Made by a program: the position numbers and the translations under genes. The notes beneath the pieces were generated by a model, which worked only from the letters and a program-made list of their open reading frames with translations, had not been told where the DNA came from and ran no database searches. Positions 14,001-29,000 of a stretch of 52,133 nucleotides of DNA are shown piece by piece (positions within the stretch are counted from its first letter, which is position 1; each line of letters opens with the position of its first letter). The stretch spans positions 1-52,133 of the forward strand of contig JAUCBJ010002018.1 of assembly GCA_032718475.1 (NCBI GenBank). The letters run 5' to 3'. The DNA is from Nemertoderma westbladi. Taxonomy: Eukaryota; Animalia; Xenacoelomorpha.

Positions 14001-17000
14001 TCCAGTAACTGTATTGTCCTCCAACAACACTGTGTTCACAACGGGCGACGCAGTAAAATCTATAGATTTAGCAATTACGTCGCGTTGTGCCCTCGTTTTA
14101 AGAAGTTTCGAGTGTTTAGGTTTCTGGTGGCTGGTGATAAAGGCGTCACTGACACCCATCATGGATGACAGATCGGAGGTGTCTGGGGTGCTGAACACCT
14201 CGATGGGGACACCGTCTGGATGGTTGTGGTAACTGTCGGATAGACTCGAGTTTACGGAGGTGTGGTGAGTCTCGCTGTGTGGCTCCACTTCTGGGACGTA
14301 GTCCGGAGAGTTTAATGAGTTCGCGGCATCAGTTTCGTCAATAAGAGAAGCGTCATCGACATTAGAAACAGAATTAAGTATAATATTCATAAGGTCGGAA
14401 CAAGTCTGGGTGTAATCCACTTCCGAGTTCTCAACGAACGAATCGGTATGGAACGCTCTCCCTTCCAATTGGTTGCTTTGGTACGGACTGTCGTCCAATC
14501 GGCTGCCGTAGTTGACCGCCAACGAATCGGTGTCGATCTCCGATAAGATCGAGTCGAGGATCCCGTGCACCGAGCGCTCGGCTTCGTCTCGGATTTGGAT
14601 TTTCCTTAAGATTCGCTTCACCGTCAGGAAGCAGATGGACTCAACGTCGCTGAGATCGCTGTCGCTAAAACTAGTCCGGATGTACGAGCTGCTCCCCGAT
14701 GAGTCGTCGACGTCCGACGACTCCGTTTCCGCTTCGCTGTCCGAGTCACCGGTTCCGTCCGGTTCGGAAATAACTTCTGCTTTATCCGCAGAATTAACAA
14801 CAATCGGACGAGGATCAACCAATGGGTTGTGCGGCGTCACCAAGTCAATTAACGATGGTTGCGTTTCTGTGTGATTACCTAGCAACGAGTCTTTCTGAAT
14901 GTTTACAGGGTGAACTTGCAAAGGGTCCCCCTTGTTGTTATCTTCGTTGCTTGGCAACGAATCTTTCAGTTTGTCTACTTGGTCCCCTGGTGACGAGTCT
15001 GTACTGTTGTTTACTTGGTTGCTCGGCAACGAATCTTCACACTCAGTAGTAACCGGTAGATTATCGCAGCCGAAGAAGGCTCCGCCCTGTTGCCACTCGC
15101 AACCGGGTTCACCGAACAGCTGGGCAAAGTCCTCCGCGTAGACGGGCTCCTTGGGCGATGGCGTCTGGGCGAGGGGCGAGAATATCTCTGTGACCGGAGC
15201 GTCGAAGAAGGAGGCTCGAGCGGAAATCGCTGAACCGCGGAGAGAAGGTGATTCGGGTGTGGTGGATGGACGGACAGGTCGAGTTGGTGGCAGCAGCAGC
15301 AACTAAAACAATGGAAATTCATAGGGGTAAATGATTAATTAAGTATACGGATATGTGAATAATAATATGCTCTTGTATCCAGTAATAGTTCCCAGCAAAC
15401 CGAATTCTATTAGATGAATTTGCAAGAACTCCTTTATCAAAAAGATTATCTATTCATAACAAAAATGTAATCGTTAATAATATTAACACACATTGGAACA
15501 CGAGTGGGACCTTCGTGCTGCAGAAGCTGCAAGCCCTCTCAGCAAACAATAATAATAATAATTATACTATGGCTAGTTATAATATAATGGCTTCCGACAC
15601 ACATCCACACCCCACATAGTACAATTATAACAGTTCGCTGATGGCTCGCAGTTTAGACTCGCCCCCATATTCCTAGACTATGAAGACAATTTTATATTAA
15701 ATGTCCGGAGATTCTGAATATAGTCAACTCTTATACACCATTTCCTGGAATATAGTATTAATTGTAATTCAATGGTAATGAGACCGGTGTCTCAGACAAT
15801 AAGCAACAGTCCCACCACAGCTATTCTTCAACCTTAATGGCGGTTTGTGATACTGATGGAGAACTGGTCATGAAATGTAAATCTTAATGGGAATCTCAAT
15901 CTAATCTGAATTAGCTGATATATCTGATCGAGGCAATTAAATTTACAAACATTCCAGAACATAGTTTTTTTAATACTAATCACCTGTCCTAGATTATTTG
16001 GTAACTAATAGCCTCGCGTTGATGCAAAAAACATAATTGTTGAACATCATTGTTCATAAAATACACTTTATAGCGTTACGACACGAGTGTTTTTGTTTCC
16101 CGAAGGACAGCGAGGGAAATAATAGAACGAGGACCGTAAAAGCTTTAAAGTGCTAATTATGACGCGGTGATATTCTGGATATACTGGAAATACATAGTAA
16201 AATGTATGGCGTAGGGACATAGTGAGAAATAATGTCGCACTGCGATGCGAAGTTAGAAAATATGTCGCCCTGGCGATTTGGTAGTGCGAAATTAATTCCA
16301 TACAAATAAATAAAAACATGCAATCTTAGAAGGCCCACATCTCAAATATTCCCAGCGGAATCCTGACTTAGAAGGCCCATATCTCAGATATTCCCAGCGG
16401 AATCCTGACTTAGAAGGCCCATATCTCAGATATTCCCGGCGGAATCCTGACTAGAAGGCCCATATCTCAGATATTCCCGGCGGAATCCTGACTTAGAAGG
16501 CCCATATCTCAGATATTCCCAGCGGAATCCTGACTTAGAAGGCCCATATCTCAAATAATCCCGGCGGAATCCTGACTTAGAAGGCCCATATCTCAGATAT
16601 TCCCGGCGGAATCCGACTTAGGAGGCCCACATCTCAGATATTCCCGGCGGAATCCTGACTAGAAGGCCCATATCTCAGATATTCCCGGCGGAATCCGACT
16701 TAGAAGGCCCATATATCAGATATTCCCGGCGGAATCCTGACTCAGAAGGCCCATATCTCAGATATTCCCGGCGGAATCCTGACTTAGAAGGCCCATATCT
16801 CAGATATTCCCGGCGGAATCCTGACTCAGAAGGCCCATATCTCAGATATTCCCGGCGGAATCCTGACTTAGAAGGCCCATATCTCAGATATTCCCGGCGG
16901 AATCCTGACTAGAAGGCCCATATCTCAGATATTCCCGGCGGAATCCTGACTTAGAAGGCCCATATCTCAGATATTCCCGGCGGAATCCGACTTAGGAGGC

Positions 17001-20000
17001 CCACATCTCAGATATTCCCGGCGGAATCCTGACTAGAAGGCCCATATCTCAAATATTCCCGGCGGAATCCGACTTAGAAGGCCCATATCTCAAATATTCC
17101 CGGAGGAATCCTGACTAGAAGGCCCATATCTCAGATATTCCCGGCGGAATCCTGACTTAGAAGGCCCATATATCAGATATTCCCGGCGGAATCCTGACTC
17201 AGAAGGCCCATATCTCAGATATTCCCGGCGGAATCCTGACTTAGAAGGCCCATATCTCAGATATTCCCGGCGGAATCCTGACTCAGAAGGCCCATATCTC
17301 AGATATTCCCGGCGGAATCCTGACTAGAAGGCCCACATCTCAGATATTCCCGGCGGAATCCTGACTAGAAGGCCCACATCTCAGATATTCCCGGAGGAAT
17401 CCTGACTAGAAGGCCCATATCTCAGATATTCCCGGCGGAATCCTGACTAGAAGGCCCATATCTCAGATATTCCCGGCGGAATCCTGACTAGAAGGCCCAT
17501 ATCTCAGATATTCCCGGCGGAATCCTGACTTAGAAGGCCCATATATCAGATATTCCCGGCGGAATCCTGACTCAGAAGGCCCATATCTCAGATATTCCCG
17601 GCGGAATCCTGACTTAGAAGGCCCATATCTCAGATATTCCCGGCGGAATCCTGACTTAGAAGGCCCATATCTCAGATATTCCCGGCGGAATCCTGACTAG
17701 AAGGCCCATATCTCAGATATTCCCGGCGGAATCCTGACTAGAAGGCCCACATCTCAGATATTCCCGGAGGAATCCTGACTAGAAGGCCCATATCTCAGAT
17801 ATTCCCGGCGGAATCCTGACTTAGAAGGCCCATATCTCAGATATTCCCGGCGGAATCCTGACTAGAAGGCCCATATCTCAGATATTCCCGGCGGAATCCT
17901 GACTAGAAGGCCCACATCTCAAATATTCCCAGCGGAATCCTGACTTAGAAGGCCCATATCTCAGATATTCCCGGCGGAATCCTGACTAGAAGGCCCACAT
18001 CTCAAATATTCCCAGCGGAATCCTGACTTAGAAGGCCCATATCTCAAATATTCCCAGCGGAATCCTGACTTAGAAGGCCCATATCTCAGATATTCCCGGC
18101 GGAATCCTGACTAGAAGGCCCACATCTCAAATATTCCCAGCGGAATCCTGACTTAGAAGGCCCATATCTCAGATATTCCCGGCGGAATCCTGACTTAGAA
18201 GGCCCATATCTCAGATATTCCCGGCGGAATCCTGACTTAGAAGGCCCATATCTCAGATATTCCCGGCGGAATCCTGACTTAGAAGGCCCATATCTCAGAT
18301 ATTCCCGGCGGAATCCTGACTAGAAGGCCCATATCTCAGATATTCCCGGAGGAATCCTGACTTAGAAGGCCCATATCTCAGATATTCCCGGCGGAATCCT
18401 GACTTAGAAGGCCCATATCTCAGATATTCCCGGCGGAATCCTGACTTAGAAGGCCCATATCTCAGATATTCCCGGCGGAATCCTGACTAGAAGGCCCACA
18501 TCTCAAATATTCCCAGCGGAATCCTGACTTAGAAGGCCCATATATTCCCGGCGGAATCCTGACTAGAAGGCCCATATCTCAGATATTCCCGGCGGAATCC
18601 TGACTAGAAGGCCCACATCTCAAATATTCCCAGCGGAATCCTGACTTAGAAGGCCCATATCTCAGATATTCCCGGCGGAATCCTGACTAGAAGGCCCACA
18701 TCTCAAATATTCCCAGCGGAATCCTGACTTAGAAGGCCCATATCTCAAATATTCCCAGCGGAATCCTGACTTAGAAGGCCCATATCTCAGATATTCCCGG
18801 CGGAATCCTGACTAGAAGGCCCACATCTCAAATATTCCCAGCGGAATCCTGACTTAGAAGGCCCATATCTCAGATATTCCCGGCGGAATCCTGACTAGAA
18901 GGCCCATATCTCAAATATTCCCGGCGGAATCCTGACTAGAAGGCCCATATCTCAAATATTCCCGGCGGAATCCGACTTAGAAGGCCCACATCTCAAATAT
19001 TCCCGGAGGAATCCTGACTAGAAGGCCCATATCTCAGATATTCCCGGCGGAATCCTGACTTAGAAGGCCCATATCTCAGATATTCCCGGCGGAATCCTGA
19101 CTAGAAGGCCCACATCTCAAATATTCCCAGCGGAATCCTGACTTAGAAGGCCCATATCTCAGATATTCCCGGCGGAATCCTGACTAGAAGGCCCATATCT
19201 CAAATATTCCCGGCGGAATCCTGACTAGAAGGCCCATATCTCAAATATTCCCGGCGGAATCCGACTTAGAAGGCCCACATCTCAAATATTCCCGGAGGAA
19301 TCCTGACTAGAAGGCCCATATCTCAGATATTCCCGGCGGAATCCTGACTTAGAAGGCCCATATCTCAGATATTCCCGGCGGAATCCTGACTAGAAGGCCC
19401 ATATCTCAAATATTCCCGGCGGAATCCTGACTTAGAAGGCCCATATCTCAGATATTCCCGGCGGAATCCTGACTAGAAGGCCCACATCTCAAATATTCCC
19501 AGCGGAATCCTGACTTAGAAGGCCCATATCTCAGATATTCCCGGCGGAATCCTGACTAGAAGGCCCATATCTCAAATATTCCCGGCGGAATCCTGACTAG
19601 AAGGCCCATATCTCAGATATTCCCGGCGGAATCCTGACTCAGAAGGCCCATATCTCAGATATTCCCGGCGGAATCCTGACTAGAAGGCCCACATCTCAAA
19701 TATTCCCGGAGGAATCCTGACTAGAAGGCCCATATCTCAGATATTCCCGGCGGAATCCTGACTAGAAGGCCTATATCTCAGATATTCCCGGCGGAATCCT
19801 GACTAGAAGGCCCATATCTCAGATATTCCCGGCGGAATCCGACTTAGGAGGCCCACATCTCAAATATTCCCGGAGGAATCCTGACTAGAAGGCCCATATC
19901 TCAGATATTCCCGGCGGAATCCTGACTAGAAGGCCCATATCTCAGATATTCCCGGCGGAATCCTGACTAGAAGGCCTATATCTCAGATATTCCCGGCGGA

Positions 20001-23000
20001 ATCCTGACTAGAAGGCCCATATCTCAGATATTCCCGGCGGAATCCGACTTAGGAGGCCCACATCTCAAATATTCCCGGCGGAATCCGACTTAGAAGGCCC
20101 ACATCTCAAATATTCCCGGAGGAATCCTGACTAGAAGGCCCATATCTCAGATATTCCCGGCGGAATCCTGACTAGAAGGCCCACATCTCAAATATTCCCG
20201 GAGGAATCCTGACTAGAAGGCCCATATCTCAGATATTCCCGGCGGAATCCTGACTAGAAGGCCCACATCTCAGATATTCCCGGCGGAATCCGACTTAGGA
20301 GGCCCACATCTCAAATATTCCCGGCGGAATCCGACTTAGAAGGCCCACATCTCAAATATTCCCGGCGGAATCCTGACTAGAAGGCCCATATCTCAGATAT
20401 TCCCGGCGGAACCCTGACTTAGAAGGCCCATATCTCAAATATTCCCGGCGGAATCCGACTTAGAAGGCCCATATCTCAAATATTCCCGGCGGAATCCGAC
20501 TTAGGAGGCCCATATCTCAAATATTCCCGGAGGAATCCTGACTAGAAGGCCCATATCTCAGATATTCCCGGCGGAATCCTGACTTAGAAGGCCCATATCT
20601 CAGATATTCCCGGCGGAATCCGACTTAGAAGGCCCACATCTCAAATATTCCCGGCGGAATCCCGACTTAGGAGGCCCATATCTCAAATATTCCCGGCGGA
20701 ATCCTGACTTAGAAGGCCCACATCTCAGATATTCCCGGCGGAATCCTGACTAGAAGGCCCATATCTCAGATATTCCCGGCGGAATCCTGACTTAGAAGGC
20801 CCATATCTCAGATATTCCCGGCGGAATCCGACTTAGAAGGCCCACATCTCAAATATTCCCGGCGGAATCCCGACTTAGGAGGCCCATATCTCAAATATTC
20901 CCGGCGGAATCCTGACTTAGAAGGCCCACATCTCAGATATTCCCGGCGGAATCCTGACTTAGAAGGCCCACATCTCAGATATTCCCGGCGGAATCCTGAC
21001 TAGAAGGCCCACATCTCAAATATTCCCGGCGGAATCCTGACTAGAAGGCCCATATCTCAGATATTCCCGGCGGAACCCTGACTTAGAAGGCCCATATCTC
21101 AAATATTCCCGGAGGAATCCTGACTAGAAGGCCCATATCTCAGATATTCCCGGCGGAATCCTGACTAGAAGGCCCACATCTCAAATATTCCCGGAGGAAT
21201 ACTGACTAGAAGGCCCATATCTCAGATATTCCCGGCGGAATCCTGACTAGAAGGCCCACATCTCAGATATTCCCGGCGGAATCCGACTTAGGAGGCCCAC
21301 ATCTCAAATATTCCCGGCGGAATCCGACTTAGAAGGCCCACATCTCAAATATTCCCGGCGGAATCCTGACTAGAAGGCCCACATCTCAAATATTCCCGGC
21401 GGAATCCTGACTAGAAGGCCCATATCTCAGATATTCCCGGCGGAATCCTGACTTAGAAGGCCCATATCTCAGATATTCCCGGCGGAATCCTGACTTAGAA
21501 GGCCCATATCTCAGATATTCCCGGCGGAACCCTGACTTAGAAGGCCCATATCTCAAATATTCCCGGCGGAATCCGACTTAGGAGGCCCATATCTCAAATA
21601 TTCCCGGAGGAATCCTGACTAGAAGGCCCATATCTCAGATATTCCCGGCGGAATCCTGACTTAGAAGGCCCATATCTCAGATATTCCCGGCGGAATCCTG
21701 ACTAGAAGGCCCATATCTCAAATATTCCCGGCGGAATCCGACTTAGAAGGCCCACATCTCAAATATTCCCGGAGGAATCCTGACTAGAAGGCCCATATCT
21801 CAGATATTCCCGGCGGAATCCTGACTAGAAGGCCCACATCTCAAATATTCCCGGCGGAATCCTGACTAGAAGGCCCATATCTCAAATATTCCCGGCGGAA
21901 TCCGACTTAGAAGGCCCATATCTCAGATATTCCCGGCGGAATCCTGACTAGAAGGCCCATATCTCAGATATTCCCGGCGGAATCCTGACTAGAAGGCCCA
22001 CATCTCAAATATTCCCGGCGGAATCCTGACTAGAAGGCCCATATCTCAAATATTCCCGGCGGAATCCGACTTAGAAGGCCCATATCTCAGATATTCCCAG
22101 CGGAATCCTGACTTAGAAGGCCCATATCTCAGATATTCCCGGCGGAATCCTGACTAGAAGGCCCATATCTCAAATATTCCCGGCGGAATCCTGACTTAGA
22201 AGGCCCATATCTCAGATATTCCCGGCGGAATCCTGACTTAGAAGGCCCATATCTCAGATATTCCCGGCGGAATCCTGACTAGAAGGCCCACATCTCAAAT
22301 ATTCCCGGCGGAATCCTGACTTAGAAGGCCCATATCTCAGATATTCCCGGCGGAATCCTGACTTAGAAGGCCCATATCTCAGATATTCCCGGCGGAATCC
22401 TGACTTAGAAGGCCCATATCTCAGATATTCCCGGAGGAATCCTAACTTAGAAGGCCCATATCTCAGATATTCCCGGCGGAATCCTGACTAGAAGGCCCAC
22501 ATCTCATATATTCCCGGCGGAATCCTGACTTAGAAGGCCCATATCTCAGATATTCCCGGCGGAATCCGACTTAGGAGGCCCACATCTCAAATATTCCCGG
22601 AGGAATCCTGACTAGAAGGCCCATATCTCAGATATTCCCGGCGGAATCCCGACTTAGGAGGCCCATATCTCAAATATTCCCGGCGGAATCCGACTTAGGA
22701 GGCCCATATCTCAAATATTCCCGGCGGAATCCTGACTTAGAAGGCCCATATCTCAGATATTCCCGGCGGAATCCTGACTTAGAAGGCCCATATCTCAGAT
22801 ATTCCCGGCGGAATCCGACTTAGGAGGCCCACATCTCAAATATTCCCGGAGGAATCCTGACTAGAAGGCCCATATCTCAGATATTCCCGGCGGAATCCCG
22901 ACTTAGGAGGCCCACATCTCAAATATTCCCGGCGGAATCCTGACTTAGAAGGCCCATATCTCAGATATTCCCGGCGGAATCCTGACTTAGAAGGCCCATA

Positions 23001-26000
23001 TCTCAGATATTCCCGGCGGAATCCGACTTAGGAGGCCCATATCTCAAATATTCCCGGCGGAATCCTGACTTAGAAGGCCCATATCTCAGATATTCCCGGC
23101 GGAATCCTGACTTAGAAGGCCCATATCTCAGATATTCCCGGAGGAATCCTAACTTAGAAGGCCCATATCTCAGATATTCCCGGCGGAATCCTGACTAGAA
23201 GGCCCACATCTCATATATTCCCGGCGGAATCCTGACTTAGAAGGCCCATATCTCAGATATTCCCGGCGGAATCCGACTTAGGAGGCCCACATCTCAAATA
23301 TTCCCGGAGGAATCCTGACTAGAAGGCCCACATCTCAAATATTCCCGGAGGAATCCTGACTAGAAGGCCCATATCTCAGATATTCCCGGCGGAATCCCGA
23401 CTTAGGAGGCCCATATCTCAGATATTCCCGGCGGAATCCTGACTTAGAAGGCCCATATCTCAGATATTCCCGGCGGAATCCCGACTTAGGAGGCCCATAT
23501 CTCAAATATTCCCGGCGGAATCCGACTTAGGAGGCCCACATCTCAAATATTCCCGGCGGAATCCGACTTAGGAGGCCCACATCTCAAATATTCCCGGAGG
23601 AATCCTGACTAGAAGGCCCATATCTCAGATATTCCCGGCGGAATCCGACTTAGGAGGCCCATATCTCAAATATTCCCGGCGGAATCCGACTTAGGAGGCC
23701 CACATCTCAAATATTCCCGGAGGAATCCTGACTAGAAGGCCCATATCTCAGATATTCCCGGCGGAATCCGACTTAGGAGGCCCATATCTCAGATATTCCC
23801 GGCGGAATCCGACTTAGGAGGCCCATATCTCAGATATTCCCGGAGGAATCCTGACTTAGAAGGCCCATATCTCAGATATTCCCGGCGGAATCCTGACTTA
23901 GAAGGCCCATATCTCAGATATTCCCGGAGGAATCCTGACTAGAAGGCCCATATCTCAGATATTCCCGGCGGAATCCGACTTAGGAGGCCCATATCTCAAA
24001 TATTCCCGGCGGAATCCGACTTAGGAGGCCCATATCTCAAATATTCCCGGCGGAATCCGACTTAGGAGGCCCACATCTCAAATATTCCCGGAGGAATCCC
24101 GACTTAGGAGGCCCATATCTCAAATATTCCCGGCGGAATCCGACTTAGGAGGCCCACATCTCAAATATTCCCGGCGGAATCCGACTTAGAAGGCCCATAT
24201 CTCAGATATTCCCGGCGGAATCCGACTTAGGAGGCCCATATCTCAAATATTCCCGGCGGAATCCGACTTAGAAGGCCCACATCTCAGATATTCCCGGCGG
24301 AATCCTGACTAGAAGGCACATATCTCAGATATTCCCGGCGGAATCCTGACTAGAAGGCCCATATCTCAGATATTCCCGGCGGAATCCTGACTAGAAGGCC
24401 CATATCTCAGATATTCCCGGCGGAATCCTGACTAGAAGGCCCACATCTCAAATATTCCCGGCGGAATCCTGACTAGAAGGCCCATATCTCAGATATTCCC
24501 GGCGGAATCCTGACTTAGAAGGCCCATATCTCAGATATTCCCGGCGGAATCCTGACTAGAAGGCCCATATCTCAGATATTCCCGGCGGAATCCTGACTTA
24601 GAAGGCCCATATCTCAGATATTCCCGGCGGAATCCTGACTAGAAGGCCCATATCTCAGATATTCCCGGCGGAATCCTGACTTAGAAGGCCCATATCTCAA
24701 ATATTCCCGGCGGAATCCTGACTTAGAAGGCCCATATCTCAGATATTCCCGGCGGAATCCTGACTTAGAAGGCCCATATCTCAGATATTCCCGGCGGAAT
24801 CCTGACTTAGAAGGCCCATATCTCAGATATTCCCGGCGGAATCCTGACTTAGAAGGCCCATATCTCAAATATTCCCGGCGGAATCCTGACTAGAAGGCCC
24901 ACATCTCAAATATTCCCGGCGGAATCCTGACTTAGAAGGCCCATATCTCAGATATTCCCGGCGGAATCCTGACTTAGAAGGCCCATATATCAGATATTCC
25001 CGGCGGAATCCTGACTTAGCAGGCCCATATCTCAGATATTCCCGGCGGAATCCTGACTTAGGAGGCCCATATCTCAGATATTCCCGGCGGAATCCCGACT
25101 TAGGAGGCCCACATCTCAAATATTCCCGGAGGAATCCTGACTAGAAGGCCCATATCTCAGATATTCCCGGAGGAATCCAGACTAGAAGGCCCATATCTCA
25201 GATATTCCCGGCGGAATCCCGACTAGAAGGCCCATATCTCAGATATTCCCGGAGGAATCCAGACTAGAAGGCCCATATCTCAGATATTCCCGGCGGAATC
25301 CCGACTAGAAGGCCCATATCTCAGATATTCCCGGCGGAATCCCGACTTAGGAGGCCCATATCTCAGATATTCCCGGCGGAATCCCGACTTAGGAGGCCCA
25401 TATCTCAGATATTCCCGGCGGAATCCTGACTTAGGAGGCCCATATCTCAGATATTCCCGGCGGAATCCTGACTTAGAAGGCCCATATCTCAAATATTCCC
25501 GGCGGAATCCTGACTAGAAGGCCCATATCTCAGATATTCCCGGCGGAATCCTGACTAGAAGGCCCACATCTCAAATATTCCCGGCGGAATCCTGACTTAG
25601 AAGGCCCATATCTCAGATATTCCCGGCGGAATCCTGACTTAGAAGGCCCATATCTCAAATATTCCCGGCGGAATCCTGACTAGAAGGCCCACATCTCAAA
25701 TATTCCCGGCGGAATCCTGACTTAGAAGGCCCATATCTCAGATATTCCCGGCGGAATCCTGACTTAGAAGGCCCATATATCAGATATTCCCGGCGGAATC
25801 CTGACTTAGGAGGCCCACATCTCAGATATTCCCGGCGGAATCCTGACTTAGGAGGCCCATATCTCAGATATTCCCGGCGGAATCCCGACTTAGGAGGCCC
25901 ACATCTCAAATATTCCCGGCGGAATCCTGACTTAGAAGGCCCATATCTCAGATATTCCCGGCGGAATCCTGACTTAGAAGGCCCATATATCAGATATTCC

Positions 26001-29000
26001 CGGCGGAATCCGACTTAGAAGGCCCATATCTCAGATATTCCCGGCGGAATCCTGACTTAGGAGGCCCATATCTCAGATATTCCCGGCGGAATCCCGACTT
26101 AGGAGGCCCACATCTCAAATATTCTCGGAGGAATCCTGACTAGAAGGCACATATCTCAGATTTTCCCGGCGGAATCCTGACATAGAAGGCCCATATCTCA
26201 GATATTCCCGGCGGAATCCTGACATAGAAGGCCCATATCTCAGATATTCCCGGCGGAATCCCGACTTAGGAGGCCCATATCTCAGATATTCCCGGCGGAA
26301 TCCTGACTAGAAGGCCCATATCTCAGATATTCCCGGCGGAATCCTGACTAGAAGGCCCATATCTCAGATATTCCCGGCGGAATCCTGACATAGAAGGCCC
26401 ATATCTCAGATATTCCCGGCGGAATCCCGACTTAGGAGGCCCATATCTCAGATATTCCCGGCGGAATCCTGACTTAGGAGGCCCATATCTCAAATATTCC
26501 CGGCGGAATCCTGACTTAGAAGGCCCACATCTCAGATATTCCCGGCGGAATCCTGACTAGAAGGCCCATATCTCAGATATTCCCGGCGGAATCCTGACTT
26601 AGAAGGCCCATATCTCAGATATTCCCGGCGGAATCCGACTTAGAAGGCCCACATCTCAAATATTCCCGGCGGAATCCCGACTTAGGAGGCCCATATCTCA
26701 AATATTCCCGGCGGAATCCTGACTTAGAAGGCCCACATCTCAGATATTCCCGGCGGAATCCTGACTTAGAAGGCCCACATCTCAGATATTCCCGGCGGAA
26801 TCCTGACTAGAAGGCCCACATCTCAAATATTCCCGGCGGAATCCTGACTAGAAGGCCCATATCTCAGATATTCCCGGCGGAACCCTGACTTAGAAGGCCC
26901 ATATCTCAAATATTCCCGGAGGAATCCTGACTAGAAGGCCCATATCTCAGATATTCCCGGCGGAATCCTGACTAGAAGGCCCACATCTCAAATATTCCCG
27001 GAGGAATACTGACTAGAAGGCCCATATCTCAGATATTCCCGGCGGAATCCTGACTAGAAGGCCCACATCTCAGATATTCCCGGCGGAATCCGACTTAGGA
27101 GGCCCACATCTCAAATATTCCCGGCGGAATCCGACTTAGAAGGCCCACATCTCAAATATTCCCGGCGGAATCCTGACTAGAAGGCCCACATCTCAAATAT
27201 TCCCGGCGGAATCCTGACTAGAAGGCCCATATCTCAGATATTCCCGGCGGAATCCTGACTTAGAAGGCCCATATCTCAGATATTCCCGGCGGAATCCTGA
27301 CTTAGAAGGCCCATATCTCAGATATTCCCGGCGGAACCCTGACTTAGAAGGCCCATATCTCAAATATTCCCGGCGGAATCCGACTTAGGAGGCCCATATC
27401 TCAAATATTCCCGGAGGAATCCTGACTAGAAGGCCCATATCTCAGATATTCCCGGCGGAATCCTGACTTAGAAGGCCCATATCTCAGATATTCCCGGCGG
27501 AATCCTGACTAGAAGGCCCATATCTCAAATATTCCCGGCGGAATCCGACTTAGAAGGCCCACATCTCAAATATTCCCGGAGGAATCCTGACTAGAAGGCC
27601 CATATCTCAGATATTCCCGGCGGAATCCTGACTAGAAGGCCCACATCTCAAATATTCCCGGCGGAATCCTGACTAGAAGGCCCATATCTCAAATATTCCC
27701 GGCGGAATCCGACTTAGAAGGCCCATATCTCAGATATTCCCGGCGGAATCCTGACTAGAAGGCCCATATCTCAGATATTCCCGGCGGAATCCTGACTAGA
27801 AGGCCCACATCTCAAATATTCCCGGCGGAATCCTGACTAGAAGGCCCATATCTCAAATATTCCCGGCGGAATCCGACTTAGAAGGCCCATATCTCAGATA
27901 TTCCCAGCGGAATCCTGACTTAGAAGGCCCATATCTCAGATATTCCCGGCGGAATCCTGACTAGAAGGCCCATATCTCAAATATTCCCGGCGGAATCCTG
28001 ACTTAGAAGGCCCATATCTCAGATATTCCCGGCGGAATCCTGACTTAGAAGGCCCATATCTCAGATATTCCCGGCGGAATCCTGACTAGAAGGCCCACAT
28101 CTCAAATATTCCCGGCGGAATCCTGACTTAGAAGGCCCATATCTCAGATATTCCCGGCGGAATCCTGACTTAGAAGGCCCATATCTCAGATATTCCCGGC
28201 GGAATCCTGACTTAGAAGGCCCATATCTCAGATATTCCCGGAGGAATCCTAACTTAGAAGGCCCATATCTCAGATATTCCCGGCGGAATCCTGACTAGAA
28301 GGCCCACATCTCATATATTCCCGGCGGAATCCTGACTTAGAAGGCCCATATCTCAGATATTCCCGGCGGAATCCGACTTAGGAGGCCCACATCTCAAATA
28401 TTCCCGGAGGAATCCTGACTAGAAGGCCCATATCTCAGATATTCCCGGCGGAATCCCGACTTAGGAGGCCCATATCTCAAATATTCCCGGCGGAATCCGA
28501 CTTAGGAGGCCCATATCTCAAATATTCCCGGCGGAATCCTGACTTAGAAGGCCCATATCTCAGATATTCCCGGCGGAATCCTGACTTAGAAGGCCCATAT
28601 CTCAGATATTCCCGGCGGAATCCTGACTTAGGAGGCCCATATCTCAAATATTCCCGGAGGAATCCTGACTAGAAGGCCCATATCTCAGATATTCCCGGCG
28701 GAATCCCGACTTAGGAGGCCCACATCTCAAATATTCCCGGAGGAATCCTGACTAGAAGGCCCATATCTCAGATATTCCCGGCGGAATCCCGACTTAGGAG
28801 GCCCACATCTCAAATATTCCCGGCGGAATCCTGACTTAGAAGGCCCATATCTCAGATATTCCCGGCGGAATCCTGACTAGAAGGCCCATATCTCAGATAT
28901 TCCCGGCGGAATCCCGACTTAGGAGGCCCACATCTCAAATATTCCCGGCGGAATCCTGACTTAGAAGGCCCATATCTCAGATATTCCCGGCGGAATCCGA

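Noticed and set aside
10198-15141. Plus-strand ORFs up to 343 aa overlapping the large exons
   Set aside because: They are antisense shadows of the minus-strand coding exons and show no motifs.
12165-15302. Stand-alone 1045-aa gene starting at TTG
   Set aside because: The ORF ends coincide with an AG acceptor and a GT donor, so it is an internal exon.
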